Part shown: piece after piece, positions 18,301 to 26,185 of the stretch
How the letters are laid out: each line of letters begins with the position of its first letter
How positions within the stretch are numbered: the stretch's first letter is position 1
NCBI GenBank assembly: GCA_031278175.1
Contig: JAITLB010000266.1
Coordinates: forward strand, 1-47,459
DNA from: Christensenellaceae bacterium
GTDB taxonomy: Bacteria; Bacillota; Clostridia; Christensenellales; DTU072
Direction of reading: 5' to 3'
Length of the DNA stretch: 47,459 nucleotides
Program-made: the position numbers and the translations under genes
Notes under the pieces: generated by a model
The model's database searches: none
What the model was told of the DNA's origin: nothing
Seen by the model: the letters and a program-made list of their open reading frames with translations, nothing else

Positions 18301-21175
18301 TTGGTATGTCGTATCTTTTACCGCAATAGATCCTGCTGGATCTTATTATATTATTAAATCTGCTAAGCAAACATATTTGGTTCACATTGAGCAGGTGGCG
18401 GTTGATATCGTATTCTCGCAAACTGCAACTATAATATATTCACCTCAAGGTCAATACCTAACCGCCAGCTTTGTGTTTAAGGATACACAGTATCCTGGCG
18501 CAGGTGAAATTAAGTACTACTATGAGGATGACACCCAACCAAGCACGAACATAACAGATGTTGGCACTTATACTGTCGTTATAGACTCTTTAGCAGCAGA
18601 GTATAGCAACTTCAAGATAAAGCTGGATGCAGATGGTCACTCACTAGCGCGTTCAACTATAGAGGTGGTTAAAAAGACTCCTGAGATAAACATCAAAATA
18701 AGTGAGTCAATAATGTTCGGGGATGATGACATACCCTTAGAATTAGATGGCGATGATGCTGAATATTATCTTTTGGAAAACGATGTAGTAGCGTGGAGTA
18801 TTTTGACTCCGAGCAAGGCGGGCACAATAATTCAAAAAGAGGGAGTATGGTATCTTAAAATTACTGGTGCAGGCAACGTTACAGTCACTTGCGACTTGGA
18901 ATCCACCGATAATTATAATGAGACTACTATAACGGGAACATTTAGCATTTTAAAGAAGCCTATAGAGGTAGCACTAAAAGAAAGTGCTAAAGAAATTAGA
19001 GTGGGATACGGCGCATCTTTACTTGTAGATAGCACATATTTGGATTTTTCCAGTTTAGATAGCACACCAGATGGATACATTCCACCACAAATTCAAATCC
19101 TTGTTGAGGGGGATTGGAAAACATACACGTGGGAGGATCCTATTGAATTGCTAGTAATTCAGTATGGTTCTTACGGTGCAAAACTGTTGCCAAGTTGGGA
19201 GGGCGGCAGTGCTACTTCAGATAATTATGATTTGTCGTTTGGCGACTCGGAAATTTCCTTTACCATAATAATTACAGCTCGAAGTGTAAAATTAGTAATT
19301 AACGATATTGAAGCTGTGTATGGGAAGGGCGATGCGCAATTGACATTTTCGTTATATGATACCAACACTGAAATTATTATAGCGCCATCCATCTATGCTG
19401 GTGCGTTTATCGTTACCTTAACACGCGAGGCTGGGAACAACGCAGGAACATACGAAATAAAAGCTACTAGCATTACAAGTAATAACTTTGTAATTTCTAA
19501 CGTGCAAGACACATATACAGCTACATATACTATAAAGCCTTTAGCGGTTACTATAACTATTAAGCCAGAAAGCTCAGCATATTATTCAAAATTATATGGT
19601 CAGACTGATCCTAATGTGAGTCAGTTTCATGTGAGAGTTATTGACAACTCAAATGATATGACTCTTGCTGATAGTATTTTGACCAACGACTATAAAAACA
19701 CGGACATAATAAAATATCTTTCAAGAGTAAGCGGTGAAGATGTATTTGGCGAGTATGATTATGGAGAGTATGCGTATTTTCTAATGGATACATTGCCTAT
19801 TTCAAGTAATTATACTGCTAGTTTGAGCATGAACCCCTTGCGGATATATCCGAATAGTCCAAATATACAATTAGAAAGTCAAATTAGCGTACAGTATGGG
19901 AACAAACTAGGGGGCACAGCGATAGCGGATCATGTCATAACAGCACCTGCGGGGACTTTTGCGTGGGCAACTCCCGAAGTAGTTCCTACTACATCATATG
20001 CGACAAAGTATTCAGTATTATTTACTTCATCAAATCGCAACTATACCAATGCAACCATTCAAGCGGATGTTGTAGTAGTGCCACGTGTAATAACAGCTCT
20101 AATGTCAGTTAAAGAGCCATTAGTGTATAAAGCAGCGCAATATTCTGAAGATGTCATAGAAATTCAATATCAAAATGTTCTGCCAGGCGATCAGTTAGGA
20201 ACGCAACTGTCATATACTCTAGGCGGTGTTACTCGCGGTGTTATTCGCGATGCAGGGCAGTATGAAGTCACAATTTTACTGCTAAATAATAATCCCGTTA
20301 ATATGAATTACACATTTGATGGTGTTTCAAACAAACTAACAGTGACAGTGCAGAAAGCGCCGTTGACCATTTCATTGCTTGCTACAGAGTATACAGCTAC
20401 TGCAAATCCGCCGTCTCCACAATTTAGTTATGATGGTTTCCTTGGCATTGAAAGCGAAACCACAAGTGGCGTGTTTATATCTGAATCTGGATCCACCCCC
20501 AAAATGCCGACAGCAAAAATGCCGACTGAGCCTGGCATATACACGGTGTACCCAGAAGGCGCGGAATTGAACAATTATGCACCAGTGTATCAGGCAACGA
20601 AGATTACTGTATTTAGCACAAGTATTATCGCTAATGACTATTTTAAGGCGACTGGAAGTTTTGACCCAGGATTAGAAATTGAAGTAACAAAACAATCCAG
20701 TAGCGATGCGTATTATGCAGATGCAATAAATTTGTTTAATGCATTTACTGGAAGTTCGACAACTTTCAAGAGGTATTCCCTAATTTCATTATACGCATTT
20801 TCAGCTAAAAATAATGGTGTGGATGTCGAATTTACTGCAAGCGGTGCGCGTGCTACTATAGAGTTAGATGAAAATCAAATAACCACAGAAGGCCGATATT
20901 CTATCGTGTATTACTCCGATGGCAATGTTCGAGTTGCTAAAAACATAAGCGTATCGGGCAATAGTGTCACATTTGAGTTAGAAGAGTGTGATTATTTCGC
21001 GCTAATAGTTCCACCACGAGAGATTCCGACTATTATATGGGTATATGTGGCATTGGGTGTTCTGTTTGTTATTCTTTTATTGATTTTAATCAGAGTAATA
21101 GTAAACAGATCTAGAAGAAAGAAAGAACGTGTCAAGAAGATACAAGCGCGGACTCCCGCAAGAGTGCGTAAGTAG
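15311..21175 (+). CDS. Giant surface protein with GLUG-motif region, MBG-like (YG-type) repeats and C-terminal TM anchor
   Basis: 1954 aa. N-terminal hydrophobic signal/anchor. Repeated GGIAG, IGGLVGYNSG and IGGIVGK units. Many ~80-aa modules with xYGxxxP/YDG motifs. C-terminal IIWVYVALGVLFVILLLILI followed by a basic tail. No LPXTG. Confidence 0.85.
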   Translation: MSKVIMKFSFTVIIALIVICATFAICSVSPISEVSFAVGINDSTESNPYIINSADDWLALALGWTSRSDTSAAVYVKLNSNISFAGKNFERLGTDAHPYLGVFDGNGKVLTDIVYNDEDTDENKGVFGVIGETASVKNLGVFDASITGDNAVGGIAGKNSGQIISCFANASIVATGTYIGGLVGYNSGTITTSYASGSIVYDGKAPTLTYLGGLVGYIDKGSLSYSYSFSAHELDNTIAGGLAGGVGSSGVTLEYSFYPTEIFKNEGNKRVGNLSASDEAKYNGLFAYSNYTIESNINKGSGLSSVYFLAPATQNAWANPFAMTDGSAFFGPSLAVFNASEDTIDYSFNSVIVRHFGALPGASRTWGTEADNPYIISTVEHFNIIASSVSNPNSGSYTTYAYKYFLLDKDIDFSNFSFSTIGTDAHQFAGKFNGGGHTLSNIKLGTSGVIDNLAPFRYVGNGGEVSNIIIDNTCSIDGGNTVAGLVANLNGGVVSDVVSNASVAGTNYIGGIVGKALNGASIKNCLSTATVRRKSQDTNNYNGVVATSSGAVITNSWYVAKVKTDTNYATLGSPIGAGANTLQIGEENTVNAVLTSGVISFSAEQSEQYSPVFRDESEITVEGSGNGSYIANPSDSNKIIYVRFVRNVEVIPTDGEPVVLNLNFQRPNGDITSEITQYYNGQSVSLIVKISYNYFVKDVYYTDSKGDKIKISDFSLEDFDPPVEGKAIRIKVTFFIIEAMIKLGVVAESMFADDIVPNLTKTYNAEPLGYVYQNQTVSDYNYTIEYAYSTGIAPTASGLYVLTLKIMKAIVEVGRSIIDFNIEKKTLSPSSDVFIDQNYYTVPTKEYDGVDYGFVSVYVNKELFDFEGSDKLNITVAAVARYNGGSVGTSLTAEFTITISGLGADNYDIQDATRTLSNCSIVQRNVIILLVDAVDQDEATAVVTKEYSGKLVEIANSYVTGYAPVDSPNLKIKKTYKVWDYDKSVATGDEVQPVDVGWYVVSFTAIDPAGSYYIIKSAKQTYLVHIEQVAVDIVFSQTATIIYSPQGQYLTASFVFKDTQYPGAGEIKYYYEDDTQPSTNITDVGTYTVVIDSLAAEYSNFKIKLDADGHSLARSTIEVVKKTPEINIKISESIMFGDDDIPLELDGDDAEYYLLENDVVAWSILTPSKAGTIIQKEGVWYLKITGAGNVTVTCDLESTDNYNETTITGTFSILKKPIEVALKESAKEIRVGYGASLLVDSTYLDFSSLDSTPDGYIPPQIQILVEGDWKTYTWEDPIELLVIQYGSYGAKLLPSWEGGSATSDNYDLSFGDSEISFTIIITARSVKLVINDIEAVYGKGDAQLTFSLYDTNTEIIIAPSIYAGAFIVTLTREAGNNAGTYEIKATSITSNNFVISNVQDTYTATYTIKPLAVTITIKPESSAYYSKLYGQTDPNVSQFHVRVIDNSNDMTLADSILTNDYKNTDIIKYLSRVSGEDVFGEYDYGEYAYFLMDTLPISSNYTASLSMNPLRIYPNSPNIQLESQISVQYGNKLGGTAIADHVITAPAGTFAWATPEVVPTTSYATKYSVLFTSSNRNYTNATIQADVVVVPRVITALMSVKEPLVYKAAQYSEDVIEIQYQNVLPGDQLGTQLSYTLGGVTRGVIRDAGQYEVTILLLNNNPVNMNYTFDGVSNKLTVTVQKAPLTISLLATEYTATANPPSPQFSYDGFLGIESETTSGVFISESGSTPKMPTAKMPTEPGIYTVYPEGAELNNYAPVYQATKITVFSTSIIANDYFKATGSFDPGLEIEVTKQSSSDAYYADAINLFNAFTGSSTTFKRYSLISLYAFSAKNNGVDVEFTASGARATIELDENQITTEGRYSIVYYSDGNVRVAKNISVSGNSVTFELEECDYFALIVPPREIPTIIWVYVALGVLFVILLLILIRVIVNRSRRKKERVKKIQARTPARVRK

Positions 21176-21238
21176 AACTGTTGTTTTAAACTCTAAGTAT
21201 GTTTTTGATTGTGTTTTTTCGTTAAGCTGTTGTCTGTG

Positions 21239-21598
21239 TTATAATAACCTTACTAACGCATACCCTTTTACACTCTCTTTTTGAGGATCGATAGCGGTTG
21301 CGCCCTCAAAATTCGGTATATCCATAGGTTCACCGCCATCGGGCGGGAGACTGGTGACATCCTCGCCCATATTTTCTAATTTTACTTTGTAGACCACGTT
21401 TATCTTCCCGTATGCCGCGACCGCGATTCTGTCTATGATGTTTATGAGCATGGCTTTTTTCATCGGCATGTCCTACAGATCGAAGCGTTCCGCCCACGTC
21501 AGAATCTCTTGCGTAACCGCCTTTCTCGCCGATATGGTCATTTGCAAATCGGTTTCCACCCGATATGCCGTTTCCTGCTTTTGCCGCAGGGCGAGCAT
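21239..21598 (-). pseudogene. Hypothetical ~119-codon gene interrupted by an in-frame TAG
   Basis: MLALRQKQETAYRVETDLQMTISARKAVTQEILTWAERFDL, TAG (21473-21475), then DMPMKKAMLINIIDRIAVAAYGKINVVYK... in the same frame. No family recognised. Confidence 0.3.
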
Positions 21599-21618
21599 TT
21601 ATGCCTCCTTGGTCTGTA

Positions 21619-21720
21619 TCATTTCGGATAATAACACCTGCGAGAACCCGCACTCGCCGCAATGCCATCGGGAAACACGACGACTGAGAACAACACGCTC
21701 GTGTCGAGAAAGACTCTCAT
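21619..21720 (-). pseudogene. PIN-domain (VapC-like) toxin remnant, truncated after 33 codons
   Basis: MRVFLDTSVLFSVVVFPDG is a typical PIN N-terminus with the first acidic residue. The start overlaps the antitoxin stop (ATGA). Confidence 0.55.
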
Positions 21721-21997
21721 TCGTTATCCTCGTGGCGCATTTTGTAAACGAGCGCGTCCCCGTCATCCTCGGCCATAAGCCACGCGTTCTGCGCCGCGCC
21801 ATTCATTGCCGTTCGGAACGTGCGCATAGCGTAGACGGCGGCATTCATCATTACCACCCTGTCGCCCTCGCATATGAGCGCAATCCTGTCACCCGTGTGT
21901 CCACACCGAGTATTTTCCTTATGTCCTTGGGCAGCGTGATTTGCACCTTCGGCATGATTTTCGCGTTGCCCACAAAATAGTTGCTTAGCGTTGCCAT
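21717..21997 (-). pseudogene. AbrB/SpoVT/MazE-type antitoxin, frameshifted
   Basis: MATLSNYFVGNAKIMPKVQITLPKDIRKILGVDT, 1-nt frameshift, then GDRIALICEGDRVVMMNAAVYAMRTF... Length is 281 nt, not a multiple of 3. Confidence 0.6.
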
Positions 21998-22104
21998 TTT
22001 TGCCACCCCTGCATTGTAGGGAATTACAGATTATCCCTACTTATATATTATACGCACTTTCGAGAAAAACGCAAGCCCTTTGAGGTAGAAAACGCAAAAC
22101 ATTT

Positions 22105-22374
22105 TTAGGGGTTAAAAAACAGCTTGCCTGCCGTGAATACGGCATGGTACAGCCTCGTATACAGTTCATAGTCCTCAAAGTCCTGCGATACGAAAAAGCT
22201 GTGTTTTATCAAGCCCGCTTCGAGTCGTTCTTGTTGTTCCGAGAGGCATTTGCTCTCGAAACTCGATGTGCTGAATACATCGATTTGCGCCTTGACCTCG
22301 CAGATTAGAACACCATCGTCTGCGCAAGTATCCGCGCACCGCCGTTCCCGGTTTATTCGTATTAAAATGCAGTG
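22105..22374 (-). pseudogene. C-terminal gene fragment lacking a start codon
   Basis: Open frame ...VLICEVKAQIDVFSTSSFESKCLSEQQERLEAGLIKHSFFVSQDFEDYELYTRLYHAVFTAGKLFFNP*. It opens right after a TAA with no ATG/GTG/TTG. No family recognised. Confidence 0.3.
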
Positions 22375-22381
22375 TTATGGA

Positions 22382-23521
22382 CTATTCGTCATCGTCCTCT
22401 TTGTGCTCGTAGAAATAGTCCGTTATTTGCTTTGAGTTTACCACGCTCGAAAGATCCCTGCGCCGTTCAATGCGTTCACGCGCTTCCGCCGCCAACGCAC
22501 GAATTTTCGCTTCTAATACATCCTTAGGCGGTAGTTGCGTCCAATACTCGGCCACACCGATGCCCGCCTTGTCCATACGCAACAGCTCGACCGTCGCGCG
22601 GTGCGCCGTTGTGCAAAGAATAATACCGATTGGAGCCTCCTCGCCTTCTTTCCTCTCGTGTTCGTTTAACCAATTCAGATACAACTCCATTTGCCCTTTA
22701 TGCGAGAGCTTAAACTCGACTATCTTTAACTCCACCGCGATAAGCCGCTTCAAGTTGCGGTGATAGAACAGCAAATCGAGGTAAAAATCCTTGCCGTCAA
22801 CCACCATACGCTTTTGACGTTCCAAAAACGCAAAACCTTTTCCGAACTCCAAAATAAACGCTTCGAGGTCGCGCAGGATAGACTGCTCTAAATCCTTCTC
22901 CGAGTAATTGTCTTTTAAATCCAACACATCGAGAAAGTGCGGGTCTTTGAATACGTTAGGCGGGATTTGAGAGGCAGGCGACAACTGCGCATCGAATATC
23001 TCGTGCCGTTCGTAAACCTTGCTCTCGATTTTCAAGCGCAAATCGCGCCGACCGAGCCGTCCCGCTACCGCATATTTAGCATAATACATAAAGGCATCGT
23101 CCGATTTTAACGGCAACAGCGCGAGTATGTGTGACCAGCCTAATTCTTGTACCAGTGGTACAAGAATTGTGATGTTTGGAAAGCGCGCGGCGAATTTCAT
23201 CATGCGGGTAAGATTTGAATGCTCGAACCCACGTCCGTATAGTTTCTGCAATTGAGCTGCAAGCGTTTCAACAACGCGCTTTCCGTACTGTGCGCGTTGG
23301 TGAGCAAGTACTGTTGCGTTTATGCAGTTTCCCACCGTCCAATACATGAGGTTGATTTCCCTATTGACATAGGCAGCCGCGCTATGCGCCTTGCCATTCC
23401 CTTGCTCGATAATAGCCGATACCTGCCGAAACAAAGCTGCTTCGTCAACCGCATTCCCTTCTGCCGTGTCGGGCAATTCCGCGTTAACTGGCGCAAGTAC
23501 CTTTTTATCTTTTTTAGTCAT
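22382..23521 (-). CDS. YhcG/DUF1016-family PD-(D/E)xK nuclease
   Basis: Intact ORF. N-terminal INLMYWTVGNCI...YGKRVVETLAAQL...ELGWSHI pattern. C-terminal nuclease core FYLDLLFYHRNLKRLIAVELKIVEFK. ATG at 23521 with a GAGG RBS is preferred over the TTG at 23533. Confidence 0.8.
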   Translation of the reverse strand: MTKKDKKVLAPVNAELPDTAEGNAVDEAALFRQVSAIIEQGNGKAHSAAAYVNREINLMYWTVGNCINATVLAHQRAQYGKRVVETLAAQLQKLYGRGFEHSNLTRMMKFAARFPNITILVPLVQELGWSHILALLPLKSDDAFMYYAKYAVAGRLGRRDLRLKIESKVYERHEIFDAQLSPASQIPPNVFKDPHFLDVLDLKDNYSEKDLEQSILRDLEAFILEFGKGFAFLERQKRMVVDGKDFYLDLLFYHRNLKRLIAVELKIVEFKLSHKGQMELYLNWLNEHERKEGEEAPIGIILCTTAHRATVELLRMDKAGIGVAEYWTQLPPKDVLEAKIRALAAEARERIERRRDLSSVVNSKQITDYFYEHKEDDDE

Positions 23522-23667
23522 ATGACCTCGCAATGCGGAAAGTTGCTTTTACTTCCCTTCCCTCTAACTGTATCATAAAACTCTATAAAATGCAATAAAA
23601 TCCTCATATTCGAAGTGTAAAACATTTATGAACACCGTTATTTTTCGACAGCACAAAACTTTCATCC

Positions 23668-24670
23668 TCAGCGGTTAGCATCGCCGTAAGACGTGTAGAT
23701 ATTTAATTTCGCCGCGTTTATCAGCTTTACTATAGCATAGTGTATATGCGTCTCCGGCAACCCGAAAAGATCCGCGATTTCCGCATTCATTCTCGGTGTT
23801 TCGCAAAAGGCGCAAACCGCTTCGTCCGTTAAAATAGGCGCATCGCAATCTGTGACCATATACCTCTGATTTTCGCTCGACGGCTTAACGGGGATTAAAA
23901 GTTTTAACTTGTCGCTACCGAGCAGGCACTTTAGCGTTGGACTCACCACCAGTTTTGTCGTGTTAAAGTGCGTGATAATTTCTTTTTGTTTCGCGGGACG
24001 GCGCAGTATTCAAGCAGAGTTTCCTCCGTCAAAATCGGCGCGTCACTATCGCGGCATAGTATTTTATGCGCGTGCCGCCGGGACAGCTTTTCAATTTCCC
24101 ACTTTCAACAAGCGGCGCGATAAACAGCTTTATTCCACTTTTTTCCTGCTTATGCCGAAATGATCCACTATTTCGTGCGGGCATTTCGGTGTTTTGCAAA
24201 ATTCCAAAACCTGCTCGTCTATGGATGCAGTATCGCTTGCGTCGGGCAAGCAACGCTGCCAGACATTGTGGTGTTTGCCTTCCCGCAAATTTACCTCTAA
24301 CAACCAGCCGTCCGCGATTAGCGGCGCAATATACTTGTTTAGTTGAATAAGATATATGCCGAAGTAATCCAACATTTCTTTATTACTGCGCGTTATATTG
24401 CAATATTCGAGAATACCGTCTGCGGAAAATATGGGTGCGTCCACCTCTGCCGCGACATATTTTTGTTTCGGCCTGTACGGCAAAGCCAGAAACGTATTTT
24501 TCATCTTGCCGCTTTCCATTAACGGTTTTAAGTATTTCGCGACTACAAACTAAACCGTCTTGCACCCGATGAGTCCTGCTATCTCTCCGCTCAACCTCGG
24601 CATTTGGCAAAATTGCAATATCCGCTTCCGCAGTTAACTCCGTTTCTTTATCAATCTCTTCAATCCGCAT
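23668..24670 (-). pseudogene. Gene built from at least 4-5 tandem winged-helix-like modules, broken by frameshifts
   Basis: Repeating unit D-A-P-I-[LF]-[TS]..[ED]..L.[FY]C..P[RK]...EI...FG...I.PL...GKL......P.KP...Q[KR]Y, read across three frames (ORFs 24383-24670, 24130-24519, 24029-24253, 23668-23949). Confidence 0.55.
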
Positions 24671-24787
24671 TTCGGGCTTTCGGTACGTTTCAGCCCGCTG
24701 GACACACGTGTGAAAAGGTTAATATGCTCTGCTACCATTAAAGTGGACGCGCAGGAAAAGAAAGCAACAAAACTTTGGAGGTATCTC

Positions 24788-24925
24788 ATGAGAAAAAGAA
24801 AACATGGTGTAGGTGCTATAAAACGCGCACCTACAAGCCTCACTAGTGGACTTAAGCCCACAAGCGAGGTGGCGAACAATTTGGGAGTTACTACTTCCAC
24901 AATTTACAAATGGCAACAGTGCTAC
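24788..24925 (+). mobile_element. IS3-family orfA N-terminal fragment
   Basis: MRKRKHGVGAIKRAPTSLTSGLKPTSEVANNLGVTTSTIYKWQQ is an IS3-type HTH. GGAGG RBS. Truncated. Confidence 0.5.
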
Positions 24926-24984
24926 GGCATATACGTCTTAAGTGTTTTCGAAATAAGTCGAATAACACCGCTTATTCAAAAGAG

Positions 24985-25156
24985 TTTAGCCTAAGTGTAG
25001 TTAAAGAGTATATGCAATGCGTCCGCGTTAAGAGATTTGTGCCTTAAATACAATATTTCAGATAGTTTTGTTTTATCAAGATGGGTTTTATGGTATAATA
25101 AGGGTAAAGAATTAGTGGACTACGCGCAAAAAAAGCTTGATTCTCTTAGATTGTAG
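24985..25156 (+). mobile_element. Second IS3-family (IS150-like) orfA N-terminal fragment, frameshifted
   Basis: FSLSVVKEYMQ, frameshift, then LRDLCLKYNISDSFVLSRWVLWYNKGKELVDY. AT-rich, unlike the neighbouring fragment. Confidence 0.5.
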
Positions 25157-26185
25157 CATTTCAAAACATTCAAGTGTTTTATTTGATGAGTGTTCAGATT
25201 TTTTCACTATGTCTATTATTGATAGAAGTAGAGTTGAGATCTCTAAGTTTGCTGGGAAATGGATAACTAACATAAAATCCAGGTGCTATAAATCTCACGC
25301 AATGCTTGTGAGGAGGTCGTCAAAAATACTATTAAAGTGATTCACCACTTAAGCTTTGACAAAAGTTGTTGTAGTCATAATAAAATGAGCTAGCAAATTT
25401 ATGATACAAGCTTTGATGGTTTAAAATGAAGTTAATACATTCTAATTATCAAAGCGCTACTTTAGTATAACGGTTATTACATCCAGTTTTCTTGTGTGTA
25501 GATCTGCCAGTAAAGATTATATAATTTAATCTTTAGTTGATAGAAAAAGTGTATAATGATGCTAAACTGTATTATGGAACGGACAAAGAAATTGCGCAAA
25601 AGAATCTTATGTTGTGTCATAGATAGTAACTTTTTGTACATCACAAAAGAGCGCGATGCAGTTTTTAATGCTTTTAGATCAACAAAATCCAACATTTGTG
25701 AAATGGATAAACAAATGCAAAAAGGAATTTTGTAAAAAAACAGCAAACAAGAATTTATTAGATATAAATTGCTGTATAAAAGTGCTGAATTGTATTTTAT
25801 GTAAAATTAGCGTAGGGCAAGTTTAAAGGAATGGTATTATTGAAAAATAGTAGTACATGATTTAGTATTGTCGCTACTTTACTTAGCAAAAAGCTAGAGT
25901 ATAAAAATTTTGATATATAGTTAACTAGAGAGCACGCGCACAACGACAATACTTTAGTGGTGTATTTGTTTGACGGCGGATGTTAATAAGAATCGCGACC
26001 CGCAAAAGCGCATCAAGTATTGAAGTGGCACTCATCCAAATAGCGCTGTTAAGTGTGCTACATAAAACTACACCTTATTTAAAATATTGTGTGTAAAAAA
26101 TAATAGAAATATCAGAGAACTTTAAACACCTTGATCCATGTGATATGTGTCAAGCAAGTTTAATATCGTGATAAGGAGATTTAAT

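Larger units (their letters stand above)
21239..24940. other. Compositionally foreign GC-rich segment (about 50% or more GC by eye)
   Basis: Abrupt change in base composition at both edges. All recognisable genes are on the minus strand and most are disrupted. Confidence 0.7.

Noticed and set aside
21330-21980. ORFs of 112 aa (minus strand) and 181 aa (plus strand) in the GC-rich segment.
   Set aside because: They are Arg/Gly/Ser-rich out-of-frame or antisense readings of the AbrB/PIN remnants. Long spurious ORFs are expected in GC-rich DNA.
25477-25746. 89-aa minus-strand ORF in the long spacer before citrate synthase.
   Set aside because: No RBS, a hydrophobic low-complexity translation typical of AT-rich noncoding DNA, and no recognisable motif.
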